A stretch of DNA of 59,024 bases, the filler included, from Sphacelaria rigidula (lineage: Eukaryota): NCBI GenBank assembly GCA_964200075.2. It is 9 parts of 9 records of this genome, joined end to end, with 100 filler letters (N's around TTAATTAATTAA, not from the genome) between each part and the next. Parts side by side here need not be neighbours in the genome. Positions count along the whole stretch, not along the records: positions 6,571 to 13,040 come from CAXNAA020019885.1; positions 13,141 to 19,610 come from CAXNAA020019886.1; positions 19,711 to 26,179 come from CAXNAA020019887.1; 6 more parts are not named here. The stretch is one strand, 5' to 3'. A program made the translations under genes and the position numbers. Below the pieces are notes generated by a model. The model was given only the letters and a program-made list of their open reading frames with translations. It made no database searches and was not told the origin of the DNA. Positions 11,915 to 24,630 of this stretch are shown here, in pieces. Within the stretch, counting starts at the first letter, position 1, and every line of letters begins with the position of its first letter.

Positions 11915-13040
11915 AATAAGAAAAATCCGGTAAAGTTCAAGTGGAAGCGGGGAGAATAGGAACTGCCGATGGTAGACCAGTATACATACCTCGTCGTAGA
12001 GATATCTAAACACTGTTCTTGGGATGCACACATGAATGAAGTGACAGAAAAGGGTAAGGCGCAGATAGGCAGGATGGATATGATCCTCAGAGACTCACAT
12101 CTAGACACTAGGATTGAGAGGTGTATACTGATGAATGTGACTGTACCAAAACTGGAATATGCAGGAGAAATATGGGGGGAACGTCAAATTGGTGAAGAAG
12201 AAACAGTACAGATGGCAGCAGCTAAGGAGATACTTGGATGCTCGAAAACGACGACTAATACAGCACTGAGAGCAGAGTTGGAAATATAATCACTTGAAAC
12301 AGAGATGAGGAAATTGCGATGACAATATAGCGTAAATAGCATGCAGATAAAGAGATTGCGAGCTGGATGGAAGAAAAGTACGAAAGGGCATTCTATAAGG
12401 TGGGATAGAGAAGTCGAGAAAGTATGGAAGGACATGGAAGGAAACCAAGACGGAATACTGTCCATAGGTGGAGGCGCGGGGTACAAGACATAAGTAAGAG
12501 ACATGATAGAAATGAGCGGAAGAGGAGCACTCAGACGCAAGGTAGAAGAGGAAAAACACCTTGAGATATACGGGGGGTTGAGGGAGGGGATCGGGATGGA
12601 AACATATCTGCATGGCCCCATGAACGCGGCGGAAAAAATGGAACTGCGATTTCGGGTGGGGGACCTGGACCTGCCAGAAAGAATAGATGTACCAGTAGTC
12701 GTGTGGAGGAGGAAGTAGATGCTCAGAACTGCCTCTGTTGCAAAGCAATAGAGGGAAGAGTCATTTAGTTGCAGAATGTGAACTTTACAAGGAGGAACGG
12801 GACGTACAAGAGGGGGAAATGCGGGACGTGAACGAAGGTGGCATGAAATCGTTTGATGCATTATACAGCAGCGAGAAAATGACGGTTATACTAGGAGATA
12901 GATGGTGATCATAGACGGCGAAACAGGACGGGGATAAGGTATGAAAAAGGTTTTTGTGCAATGTATGGAAGAAACGCAATGAGCGCCGGAATGTCGAAGG
13001 TGTCTCTATTAGGAGTAGGAACGGTGCTCCGTCTCGAAAG
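11915..13040 (+). mobile_element. Decayed, 5'-truncated LINE ORF2 C-terminus (family A)
   Basis: Broken frames give LPMVDQYTYLVVEIS (RT end), PKLEYAGEIW...ETVQMAAAKEILGCSKTTTNTALRAELE, HLEIYGGLREGIGMETYLHGP...LRFRVGDLDLP, a frameshifted C-x-C..H..C knuckle at ~12729-12779 and terminal GVSIRSRNGAPSRK. Many stops and frameshifts. Confidence 0.9.
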
Positions 13041-13140
13041 NNNNNNNNNNNNNNNNNNNNNNNNNNNNNNNNNNNNNNNNNNNNTTAATTAATTAANNNN
13101 NNNNNNNNNNNNNNNNNNNNNNNNNNNNNNNNNNNNNNNN
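13041..13140. other. Artificial contig linker
   Basis: N44-TTAATTAATTAA-N44. Confidence 0.98.
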
Positions 13141-14779
13141 ACTTCTGACCAAGTCAGCGCTGACTTGTCAGTAGTCTAGTTGGTTGTCTCTCAAACCGTC
13201 ACAAACTCCATTGCATTTCCTTTTAAACTCCGAACGCCGGCACTACTAGTATTTTACCCGTCCACTCTTTGGTTCTCCATCTGCTCTTCTTTACCGCCTC
13301 CCTCTCGATCGCTTTCGAGATAACCTCCAGCTTCTTTATTTCAATTGTATTGGTGGGATGTAGTCAACGTGCTGAGACTTCCCAATCCTGGTACTTGCTG
13401 GGGGCTTGGTGCCTTTTAGTTTTATTTCTGGCTCACCGACACTAAATAATGCCTCCAACACGGGCTCGTAGTCTGACGCCAAGTTCAACACCTTTGACAC
13501 AAGCACCCCACGTTTGTGTCAGGCGATCTTCATGGTAAACCATTCAGACGTCCCAGGATCGCATCTCCTATATTGTTGCCCCGCTGCCGTACTGGTTACG
13601 TTTCTCCGGGGAGGTCATTTTTACCGCGTAAGGTTTAAAGACGGCTTGCATAACACAAGGCCTCCCTCACATCGGGATGCCATAAGTGTTTGATTTCTAA
13701 CACACTCCCCTAACTGGCGTGTGGCACGCTCTTGTCGTCGCGCACGCACAGGGTCACGTGTCGGGTAAAATCAACGATAAATACCACCCCCCCCAAGTTG
13801 CGATTGGATCTATTATTGCCGCAGCACTGTCCTTGCTGGCATGTGTGTGACAGAGAACAGTAGCGGTGACGGGAACATCCCTCTGTTTTTCAGCGACGTG
13901 TTCTGCAGCGGTTTTCAACGACGTGTTCTGCAGCGCACAGAGGCGCGCCCTGTCCAAAAGGAGAGGCAGAGAGGAATCGATATTTTCATCGGTAAGTTCC
14001 ACATACAAATAATGACGGCATCCCTTTGCACCTCGATGTTTTTTGGGGGACTGTGCAGCAATACAACCTGCCTACCGGCAAATGAGAAGTTGGCAACATG
14101 CTGGTAACATGCATCATGCTAGTCTCTCGGGCAACTGAGAATCGCCGAGCGAGGACACACAAAGGATACGGGCGAGGAGCTCCCTCTCTGTCGTTTTTTC
14201 TCAGGTGGTATCGTCATCGACACGCGTGTACACTGCATTCGTTCGGTGCACTTAGCCACAAGTGCTCGACTGCTGCAGATTTGGGGGGGGGAGATGGTTT
14301 GCCTTGGTGTTACTGTTTGGCGCCATTCCTGCAAAAACGGTATGCCGCCTGAACCCCATCTTAGTGTTCAACCCCAAAATTAGAGTTGGCCGTTAAACTA
14401 GGAACGCCATAAACACCCACAGTGCAACATAGAGTTAAAAAAAAAAATGTTACGTTAATAGCAGTAGCAATGGCAAGCCATACCCCAAGAGGCGGATGTG
14501 ACAAGCAAGTCCCGTGTTCGGCTCGTGATATCAAAGCTGACCGTCCTCAGTCTCAACACAACAACGTCAGCTGTTTGGGGAAATTACAGCCCAAGCCTGG
14601 TGGATATTTGCAATCGGTTGATAAGAATGATAGTACAAACACAGCCTCACAGACTTCCGTCGGTTGACTGTGGGCTTGAAGACCGAGTAGAACAGGTGAT
14701 ATCGATGGGGTAGGCGACGTTTGAAAGCTTTTCTTATATCCAAAAAATGTCTCTATATCAGCCCGTGGGACAGGTAAGC

Positions 14780-17700
14780 AGCAGGGGGTGAGCAGAGCGC
14801 TGCTCGACCTTAACCTGCTTCGCGTTCGACCCTGTCATATTACAACCCGGCGTGTGCCTCCGACCCAACAAGCGTTGGTACGCGTGTACCCCGCATGACT
14901 AATCCGGCACAGGCTATGTCCGAACACAAACTCATAAAAACGCCAAATCAACCATGCAGATGGCTCAATTTCTACTGTACACAAGCACACTTTCGACTAG
15001 GACATTATTCTCTTACTCACCGGTCGTTTGTAAAATGATCGTGATATCCCGCTGTGCTAGTTTATTTCTCGCACGCGGTCATATACAATCACAATAGCCC
15101 ACCCTGGATCGTGACAAGTGCAGTCCCTTTTCAGAAGGAACGAACTTGCATTGAGACACGCCACCCCCACACCACGGAGAATTGAGACTCATTTTGAAGA
15201 TCAAGTATTCTTTGGCGCGGGGAACGATAAGGTACGACCAACACAAGAAAACAAAAAAACACAAACACAAGAACAAAGCAATAGAAAAACCCAGACCGAT
15301 ACGAGAATGCAGTGTCCTCAAATTCCGTGAGTGTTTCAGGGGGAATAATGAAAATCCAAAATAAAATAGTAAAAAACAAAAAACAAAAAACGGTATACCC
15401 AAAACATGCGGTGTTCTCAAAATGCCGTGAGCATTTCTGGGATAGTCACAGGAAATCAGAGGCCCATCATTGAAATGATCATCATACACTGCCATAACTA
15501 TATCATGGATATAACAGTTCACTCTTTTCCGGGAGTCCGTTTTGTTGTCAGTTTCATTGGTGGAAAAACAAGCAAGCCCGCCAAGGCATCATATCACTGC
15601 GATAACCTATTATTTTATGCTAATCACTCGTCCCAGGTAATCAGCAAAAGCCAACAATGTAGAGCCGATTTCGTCGCGAAAAGGGTAGTTTCTCACGAAA
15701 ACCATACGATGAAAAAAAGACGAAATACGCATGATACGGACAAATCAGCCCGGTTGTCCTGAGTTAATTGTCAGTGCATGATTGTGAGAGCAACGTGTTG
15801 CTAAGTACGTCTGGGTGATGATCCAGTCGTACAGCATTTATATTTCCTCATAGAACGAGATACGAAAACAGCCGGCTGGTTTGTGAGGTCGGGGATCCGT
15901 ACACGTAAAACGAAACGTATTTGAGTCGATACACAACCATTGGAGCTACTACGTAGCTGCGAGGCGGATCGCCCAACCCATGTCTGAACCACGACAATAT
16001 ACGGGAGAGAGGGGGCCAATGCAGTCCACTTCTCACGATATTTGTCCGTTCGGACTAGAACGAGATTGGCTCGCACAAAAACTGGATTGAAAAACCACAG
16101 CCGGTCGTACCGTTACGTTACTTCGTCCAATAATCCCTGATAAAAACAAAACACCACCGACCGATTCCATGGGCGGGTAACCGTACGCAAAAAACTCGTG
16201 TAAGCAGTGACAAGAATAATAGCGAGTCGCGGGCTCTGAGCATGTAGGCTGTACCGATGGTAGAATATCGACAAGGCGGAACGGTTAGTTCCGGAAGAGC
16301 AGTCTATCCTATTATGATACGTAATGGTCCTGTATGAAGACCCGTTTGCAACCAATGATACCGCTACTTCAAAGACAACTCCTCAACATCGGTACGTATG
16401 ACGCGGTCAGTGGTGGCCTCGTTGTATTTTACCAATCAACGAGTCATCCTACGATAGGGGGGGGGGGTATTTTGGGCCATTTGTTGCTCGAAATTTCGAG
16501 TCAGATCGTCGTTGAAAGCAGCAACGGTTGTTGGAACAAGCTTGTTGTGGATCAATAACGCTGATCCATACTGCCTGACACCATTTGGAACGAAATACAA
16601 GCGCAACGCAAGGATGTCTGACACACTTATGAGCCTCTTTTTTCGTGCAACCAAATACCCCCCCCCTATCGTAGGATGACTCCAAAAGAGTATAAATCAT
16701 CCGTTGCGTCGCATACACGTGACCCTTCCTATAAACGAGGTCTGTCGCACGTGTGCAGGACTTGCAGAAAAGTAGGCCAAGTGTTCTAGACTCGAGGGGC
16801 AGGAACGTTGGAACACTCATTGCAAAATTCCCAAAACATGGACGCAACAACCAAAACCAGAACCAGGGGTACGCTTGGCAAAAGCGAAAACAAAATAAGC
16901 GTCAAATGAAGCAGGATATTAACACGTGGCGACCGTTGCGGTAAACGGAAGCGGTTGCCGCGTGTATGAAGCAAGTAAGGTTAAGTGTTCCAGCCAAGAA
17001 GGCCAAAACATTTCGGGACTCTTGACTTCGGTTACGACCACCCATGGTAACATGGAACCCAACGTGGAACACACAAAAAAGAAGACACGTCACGACCGAT
17101 CCCGAAGAGGAAGGTGGTATTCGTGTACGGAGCGATTGGACAAGAGCGCAAATATTCCAGATGCGGGGTTCAGGTATGTCTAGCGCTCGCTCCGGGAACT
17201 CCCGACCGATAAGACAAACAACAACAAAAAAACAGCATAATAAACAAAAGAAGACATAAGGTACGAACACCGAAGGAAGGAAAGAAAACAACTCGTGACG
17301 TGAACTCTTGCGCGCTTGGCACAAGCGACAACGCCGAACCCACCAACGAGAACACCGATCCGTACAAATTCACCAATAAAAACAATCCAACATCTGGGAG
17401 GTCCTATTGGCGCAAAAATGAGTCAATGCCTGTGAATGGCATTCGTGTAGAACCCATGGGCGTAGGAGCATCGGGACATAAATTCGGATGGGTTCATCAC
17501 CTAGCAAGCGGGCATATCGACTTGTAGGCCTCCCCTTGGAGAGGGCCGCTGTGGGCCGGGGAACTAACAAAGCTACACCATCATCATCCGTATGCAGCAA
17601 ACCTTTCCGCGAAAGTTCAGCATCTTCATCCTGTGTCGGGGATCTGAGGTACCCGACGGACAAAAGGAATTCGGTTTCTGAGAATGGACATGGGAAACTT

Positions 17701-19330
17701 TTGGATAGAGGATGGATAGCTGATTTGCAAGCAGGTTCTGCCTGTTGCTCCCGGGATCAATCGACGTGGGAGAAGAGGGTCAAAAGTTCCTTTAATCCGC
17801 CATCTAACAGGGTATTCTATAAAATGAGTTTCATCAATGAAATGAGGTTTGAAGACCCTAGATGTTGAACGACGAAAAGCCCTCAAGAGTGCCGCACGAC
17901 ACTGCTGATACGCAATTTTGAGGAGGAATAGGAAGTGCGTCCGTGGTTTCACATGCCGCCCATCCCTGGTTAGCTGCGGGTGACGGAGCATAACAACGTT
18001 TGTTTGATTGTCCACGGATGTTTTCACTGTTGTTCATCTCGAGGCTCGTGTCCAGACAAAAATCTCGGGCGTCAAGTTGCTGTCAGTGAGGTCAGTAATG
18101 TGCTGTCAGTGACGTGGTGGGGGGATATCACTGCCAACGCAGTGATGTGCCGAGCGGATGATCGGGCGTCCACTGTCCTGAAGAATCGACGGCCGATGCA
18201 CAACGTGAATAGTTTATTGCACGACTCAACCGTACTACTAATACCCGTCGAGCTTTCCAATCCGGTTCGAGCATATATGAGGCGGCAATGTCTCTGTCGA
18301 AAGAGAAATCGTTGGCATCCACCCCCAAGATCGCTTCGTACGGTCCCACCATACACACCATTGCAACACCGCATCATGCTACATGGCAGCATCTCGATCC
18401 TTGCCCTGAACCGTACGTTCGCGCCCGCATCCCGACCTGTATGTGAACCTATTGCTTTCACTCTCCAACTGCGCCGCTGCAACTCGAGACTCCAGCGTCA
18501 TCACTAGTTGCTACTGCCATCACCACCATCATCACCATCGCCATCACTTCCAGTATCACAGTCATCATGGTCATCATGGTCATCATCGGGGGCTACCTCG
18601 CCCTCCAACCCCTCTCGGCCCGTGTCGCGTCTGGCCCTCAGCCACCTTTGCTCGAATCCCGATCCACCTACGACCAGATCCCCGAGAGTGAACGCGAAAG
18701 GCTGCTTCGCGGTGAGCCAGGCTGCTTCGCGGTGAACCTTCCATTCCTCTCTCGACTCTCTTGCACACTGGCTATTACAACATGCTGCGTACCATCTGCG
18801 CCGCCTACCGCAGCGGTAATGTACGAGTCTCTGGGGTTGTTGTGCGGTATATTCGACCTGATCCCCATCACAACACCTTCCCCGCCCGTATCCCATTCCA
18901 AATGGTAGAATGGGCACGTGTCTGAGACCTCCAACTATAGGGCCGCTTCCGGCTGGCAGGCTTCCCTGCCGGGTTCGACGAGGCGCCTGAGTTGTCTGTT
19001 CGATGCGACCAAGACCGTGCGAATACATTGCTGATGCAGTATTTCTTGAGGTACCGATTCCACAGCCTCTCTAGGCGTGTTGTATACCCTGTACTTTCCC
19101 CACAAGGGAATTTCAGGGTATACGATCTTCTGCTGGCCGGGCTTCGTGATGAGGAACAGCTGGTTCATCTGATTGAACGTCGAACGCTGCGACCAAAATC
19201 AACGGTGGACAAGGTAGAGACGGCCGGCGGCAACAAATATGAGAAAGTCAATTCGGGATACGGAGGAGGGGCGGTGGTTAGAATCAGCGCTCAGACAGGG
19301 GTCTCAAAACCACGATGTGTGGTTGTTTCC
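14780..19330 (-). mobile_element. Heavily decayed Ty3/Gypsy LTR retrotransposon internal region
   Basis: Minus-strand order: gag-like (18580-19200), RNase H-like (18070-18480), integrase Zn finger IYVPMLLRPWVLHECH...HFCANRT...FYW..RRCRLCQARK (17300-17660), integrase core remnants (16100-16790), chromodomain-like tail (15090-15240). Boundaries approximate; LTRs not identified. Confidence 0.75.
16441..16682. mobile_element. MITE-like insertion (~242 bp) in the Gypsy integrase
   Basis: ~30-bp TIR GAGTCATCCTACGATA(G)nTATTT / AAATA(C)nTATCGTAGGATGACTC; TSD not clear. Confidence 0.7.
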
Positions 19331-19559
19331 GAAACCACATGTCCCCCGGGCATCGTGATGTGGACGCGCCCATAAACGGACCCATAAACAACTGTTTTTT
19401 CACGAAGTGCGGTAACGCGGGAGGGGAAAAAAGTCGATACCACGCAGTAAAGAAAAACTACATCTCCAACGGTGCAAGAAAAAACAAAAACGCGCACCCT
19501 TGTCCCACTTTTTATTTGGACCTCCCGGGGGGGTAGGACCATAGACCTCGCATATCAAG

Positions 19560-19610
19560 GGGGTAGGGGGGGGGGCGTACTCGTTTGTTGCTTGCCTTGG
19601 TCCGTTGCAC
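19560..19610 (-). mobile_element. LINE family A 3' end with C-tail
   Basis: Minus strand CAAGGCAAGCAACAAACGAGTACG followed by a C run. Confidence 0.75.
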
Positions 19611-19710
19611 NNNNNNNNNNNNNNNNNNNNNNNNNNNNNNNNNNNNNNNNNNNNTTAATTAATTAANNNNNNNNNNNNNNNNNNNNNNNNNNNNNNNNNN
19701 NNNNNNNNNN
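19611..19710. other. Artificial contig linker
   Basis: N44-TTAATTAATTAA-N44. Confidence 0.98.
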
Positions 19711-19783
19711 CGCCCCGGCTTTGTAGGGATGCGAGGTCAATGGTCTAATGACTATGGCATGCATGATAATGAGTACACCCCCA
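19711..19783 (+). mobile_element. Family B 3' tail
   Basis: ccccggctttgtagggatgcgaggtcaatggtctaatgactatggcatgcatgataatgagtacaccccc. Confidence 0.8.
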
Positions 19784-19789
19784 TGGTGT

Positions 19790-21800
19790 AGCTTAAAACG
19801 CGTCTAAAAGGTATATTCGCACCGCCAAACCAATGCGACAGATCCTCCGCCCCCACAGATGCTTGCGCATTCACGAACGCCCGTTCTTCAGCAGCTTTTT
19901 TAGAGGAAACAAGAGGCAAAACAGTAACATCCATACAGTCCCGCACAGCACCACCTCCCAATGGCATTACGCCATCCTATACCAGTACCTGTCCGTACAG
20001 TGGCAAAGACACCGCAATCAACGCCGCCAAATACGCCAAACCTGTCCATGGATACAGCAGTGCACACGACCACCCCAACACCACGCGACGCTCGCCGCCG
20101 CCGTCAGAATAGTGATCGCTAACAGCATCACGAGCTTGCAGCTCGCTCTGCGTACCCGCTTCACGCGGGTCACACGCCCCTGTTGTTTCGATCATACAAG
20201 GCGTGTCCACAGCTACGCGCTTGTCCGGCGGCAATTCCGCCAACCCGGCATCCACCTGTCATTCAAGCAGACAACCCTGCGAATCATCTGAACGATCTTC
20301 CGCCATGTCACTGGCGCAGATAGATTCACCATGAGCACGGCAAGCCCTAACCTCACCCTGCTCGCTCGCCATACGCGAATAATACTACCACCCTGCAGCT
20401 TCGAGCATGAAAGGAGTATCTCCAGCTACGCGCTGGTCCGGCGGCAATTCCACCCACCCGGCATCCACCTCTCCTTCAAGCAGACACCCCTGCGAAGCAT
20501 CTGAACGATCTCCCGCCATGTCACTGGCATAAATAGATTCACCATGAGCACGGCAAGCTCCTTGCTCACCCTGCTCCTTCGCAACACGCGAATAACACCC
20601 CCCTGCAGCTTCGAGCATGCAAGGAGTATCTCCAGCTACGCGCTGGTCCGGCGGCAACAAGCAACCGGGACCTCCGCCCATCAGTACTTGCTCATTGGCC
20701 CATGTGGGCCTCGCCCTCTCAACATCGCCAACAGCAGCAGTAGTATCACCCATACTCGCTACAGCCGCCACCTCCTGCTCAGCGCACTCCTGAACTGCAA
20801 AGTGGCAGCTGAGCTGCCTGCAGTCTGCTCGAGTTGCGTGACATGTTCGCCCTCTCCAGCAGCAATACCAGCAGCATCCAAACCAATGCTTACCGTGGTA
20901 CTGTCTGCGGGCGCGCTCTCATGCATACCTGCTTTGACAGACACGCGCTGTGTCTCGTTCCCGCTCTGCTCAGTGGAAACATCTGCCCTGTATCGTTGCT
21001 TAAGACGCGCCCTACCGACTGCACGTTCAGCGGGTGCACTATCGTGCCTGTCCCCTCGGGCAGACACATGCTGCTCGGCCTTCACAGTGCCATGCACCCC
21101 ATTCGGTGATGCATGCTTGCGCAAAGCGAAAAGCAGCTGCTCGTTCTCAACATCATGAACATGATTCAAGAACGTGTAACGCAGACATTTCGCAATATGT
21201 TTCGGCATGAGCTCAGAAACTGCTGCCACCTCAAAGAGGTTTGTCCACCGCGCGTTCATCTAATCTACGTCTTGCAAATATTGCTTGTATTTGTGTAAAA
21301 ACTCGGCCGATTTCTCGCTCGAAAACTTGCAGCCGTAGTACGGCATCTCCAGCGCCGGTACAGGAACAACACGACCATCGACGATGACATATTCCTGCGC
21401 CTCATCCATTTCGGTCAGCAGTACAGCACTCCACACCGCCTTTTTGAAAAACGAAGTTGCCTCCCACTTCCAGGAACAACAACTCTCTCCTTACACCGAG
21501 ACGCGCTGTACCACCTTACAACAACAATGGCCACAGCCCCTCTTCCTCACGCAGGTCTCACCACGCGTTTGAAGTCCCTGGACTCCTCTTCCTGGCCGTA
21601 CCTGGCCAAGCGTGGAACAAGCAACTCTCACTGGCTCCACTAGGCAGTTATTTCGCCGCTTTTTCTGGAACGATCTTGGGCTCGCCAGCTGTCGATCGAC
21701 CGCCTGCACCTCACGCACGAGCGATACCACAGCCTGCCCTAGCGCTGCCTCAGAACCTCCTCGGCTCTACTTCTTCAACTCCTCGCGACGTCAACATGCC
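19790..21800 (-). pseudogene. Decayed long ORF, probably retroelement gag-like, with in-frame 210/213-bp repeats
   Basis: ORFs 20385-20771, 19977-20255 and 19752-19967 share one frame and are separated only by in-frame stops. The upstream part (VPVPALEMPYY...SAEFLHKYKQYLQDVD*MNARW) is in another frame. The gag assignment is an inference. Confidence 0.45.
20180..20660. repeat. Tandem repeat, ~2.3 copies of 210-213 bp
   Basis: gtccggcggcaa recurs at 20223, 20436 and 20646. Confidence 0.9.
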
Positions 21801-22430
21801 TTGAGCTGGTCTTGTTTGCTGCAAACTGATCAGGCCTAAGGACTTCCCTTTCTTGAAGTGTCAGCTACTTTCAGCGGACCTACCGCTAGTCAGCGGACTA
21901 AATAAATGTTCATTATAGACTTCTGCCACTCAAGATCAGATTGCCATGTAGACTCCTCCCATCACGGGCACATGAACTTCAGCAGCTTTAGTTATTTATG
22001 TATTAACCCTCAGCATAGTACAGGAGAAGATGGCCATAGCCTCTCTCCACCAGAGTGGCAAAATCAACCCTACTCGTCATGGAGGTCACCATCACAGAGT
22101 CCGGCAATCAGACGCGCAACTCCACCTACAAATGTCCCTAGGTAACAATGGTGGCTAGAGTCTACACAGCGCATCCTGGCTAACTACCCCGACTGGGAAA
22201 GGTTCGTGTATCTTTATCGTACCGTCCGTTCTCCGGGGGAGACAGCGAAACACGTAGCATGCAGCAACCGGCAACTCCACAACGCTATTCTCTATGCGCG
22301 GCCTCTTGTGCTATACTTTCCCTTTTCATTTGTCGCGGTGTCAGCAGCATATCTCTTCCAGCTGCAGTCCAGCGACAGAGAAATGTGGCACTGGGACATC
22401 CGCGTCTGCTGCTGCTGAAATAAAAAAATA

Positions 22431-23023
22431 CTTCCTCTGTCCCATAAGTAAAGGTACCTAAATTTGTACGGGCCCTTAACGATGTCCGATCGTTCTTTTT
22501 TTATGAACTACGGTGTTTTTTGGGTCAAGAAAATGTGTTTAAAATTTGAAGCTCGTGCTTGAACCATGCAGCCGCGCGGCCGAGAAAAAGTAGGTCGGTC
22601 CAACAACGGCCATTTTTCGCTCGTTTTCCCAGGAAAGCATGATGGACCCGGGAACACGAAGAATCGCGAAAAATGGGCCAAAAAAGGTGAAAATCGCGAG
22701 ACCACCATTGATTTTGTACATATCCGTGATATTAACCTACGCACGCCCTATCCAACATTTTGTTAGCTTGTAATTGCTAGTGCTCGGCGTGAAAACGTCC
22801 AAAATCAGTCAATGATGGGGAGAAAATGGATCAAAAAGGGCCAAAAGGGGGTATATTTCGACATAGTTTAGTGATGGAAACAAGTTTTTGTTTTCGTTTT
22901 TTTTTCATCAGCTTCATCTGCGCTTTGCCTTTCTACCGAACCCAATCACAACATCGTCGCCACCACTGGCATACCTAAACAATGTATCGCCGTTAGGTAC
23001 CTTTGCTTATGGGACAGAGGAAG
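22431..23023. mobile_element. Stowaway-like (Tc1/mariner) MITE, 593 bp
   Basis: 31-bp TIR CTTCCTCTGTCCCATAAG(T/C)AAAGGTACCTAA with 1 mismatch; TA on both sides (22429-30, 23024-25); no transposase ORF. Confidence 0.9.
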
Positions 23024-23654
23024 TATTCCTCTGCTGTACTGTACCGTCTGTACTGTATGTTTTTCATTTATTTTGGAGCTCTACTATTGCATATGTGCAG
23101 CAACAAACTGAGGACACACGAATCGTCGACAGTAGCACGCCAGACTTTGAAATGGTTTTGAGCTATCTACTACTGTAGCCACAGCTTGAACGGCTCGCGT
23201 CATTTGCAAAAAGAAGCATCAACATACCGTGAAAACGACGAGAATGACGGGACTCAATCTGATTAGTTCATAGCGACCCGTAACTGTGACATGGAGCCAC
23301 ATCTCACGGTAGGTACGTGCATGTACCGGAGGTTACGTAACATACCAACCGTGGTGATGATCTTTCCAGGCTCAATATCTTTGTGACCTTCAACCTCAAC
23401 GCACACATACGTCGGAAGTAGGAGGACTCACGGTTGTTCTTTTGAGCAGTGGTGAGTTCGGCTGGACATATGTCGTTGTAATAGTTCGATAAACGCGATG
23501 TTTTTTCCCAGCACGGGGTCCTGTTTATTGCGGAGAGAGTCGAAGTTGATAATACTCTGTACCCTGGGTAATACACTTTTCCGTCGATGGCAGGCGATAT
23601 GACCAAGTGTAGTATGGCCCGTTCTGCTATCAACCCCGCCCACCATATCCAACT

Positions 23655-24005
23655 ACAAAAGGGATGATCATACGACGTAGTGCTCAAATGATGAGACACC
23701 CATGAAGCAATGTATAACCCGTGGCTGTCTCTGGAAGTGGCAATACCAGAAAATGCAGCAAGTCATTGGAGGCTGTCATCCATACGCAAGATAATCAGTA
23801 CACTTCGGTCCGAACAATGTTAGCAGGGTACAGCTCACTCTCCATGTGACTGGCCGAACACACCACGACGGTTTGCGCTTGGTGATTGAGTGCGAGCCTG
23901 GTCCGGCGAAAACTCGGCGTACTTCGTCACGACTTTGTAGGGAGGCGAGGTCAATGATCGGATGACTACGGCACGCAAGATCATGAGTACACCCCCCGCT
24001 CCCCC
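23655..24005 (+). mobile_element. Poly(C)-tailed SINE-like element (family B), full copy
   Basis: Homologous to 49115-49490 and 8082-8415 (-); ends atcatgagtacaccccccgctccccc. Confidence 0.8.
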
Positions 24006-24224
24006 GTACTGGTCCTGGGAGCCTGATCACCGTCCCGAATCGCTCAGGCCTCTTCTTACCCGTAGAGATATTTTTGCGAACTATCCATCGACTTGTCCTT
24101 GTTCCACCTCAAAAGATGAAACACAGTTTAATGATGAAGGGCTTGGGCCCACATCCTGCATCCCACATTCCATCACAAGGTGTCATGCCAGCAGGGCAAG
24201 CGCTCTCACCAATACCGGAGTACT

Positions 24225-24630
24225 GGTATAGAGTATCACTTGGGTATGGCCTCGATACTCGACCTAAATCTGGGGCAGATTGAATACGACTTAAAATGAT
24301 GTACCCAATTTTTGGGTAGATTGGGTACGACCTCAAATACTCTACCCAAATATTGGGTGAGCACTCTCAGCAATACCTGGGTATAGAGTATCACTTGGGT
24401 ATGATCTCAATACTTTACCCAATTTTTGGGTAAGTTAAATACGACCTCAAATACTCTACCCAAATTTGGGTATGCACTCTCAGCAATACCTGGATATAGA
24501 GTTGACACCTGCGTGTGACCTCAATACTCTACCCGAATTTCGGGTAACTTGGGTACGATCTAAAATACTTCATCTAACCTTGGGGTAGATTGGGCACCAT
24601 TTCAATGCTCTACCCAAATATTGGGTGAGA
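24225..24630. repeat. Degenerate palindromic minisatellite (AATACTCTACCCAA-ATTT-TGGGTA core)
   Basis: Many ~35-40-bp units, each with a TACCCAA/TTGGGTA inverted core. Confidence 0.85.

Noticed and set aside
18508..18590. Poly-His / Asp-His-rich peptides
   Set aside because: Translation of a degenerate (CAT)n repeat within the decayed Gypsy element
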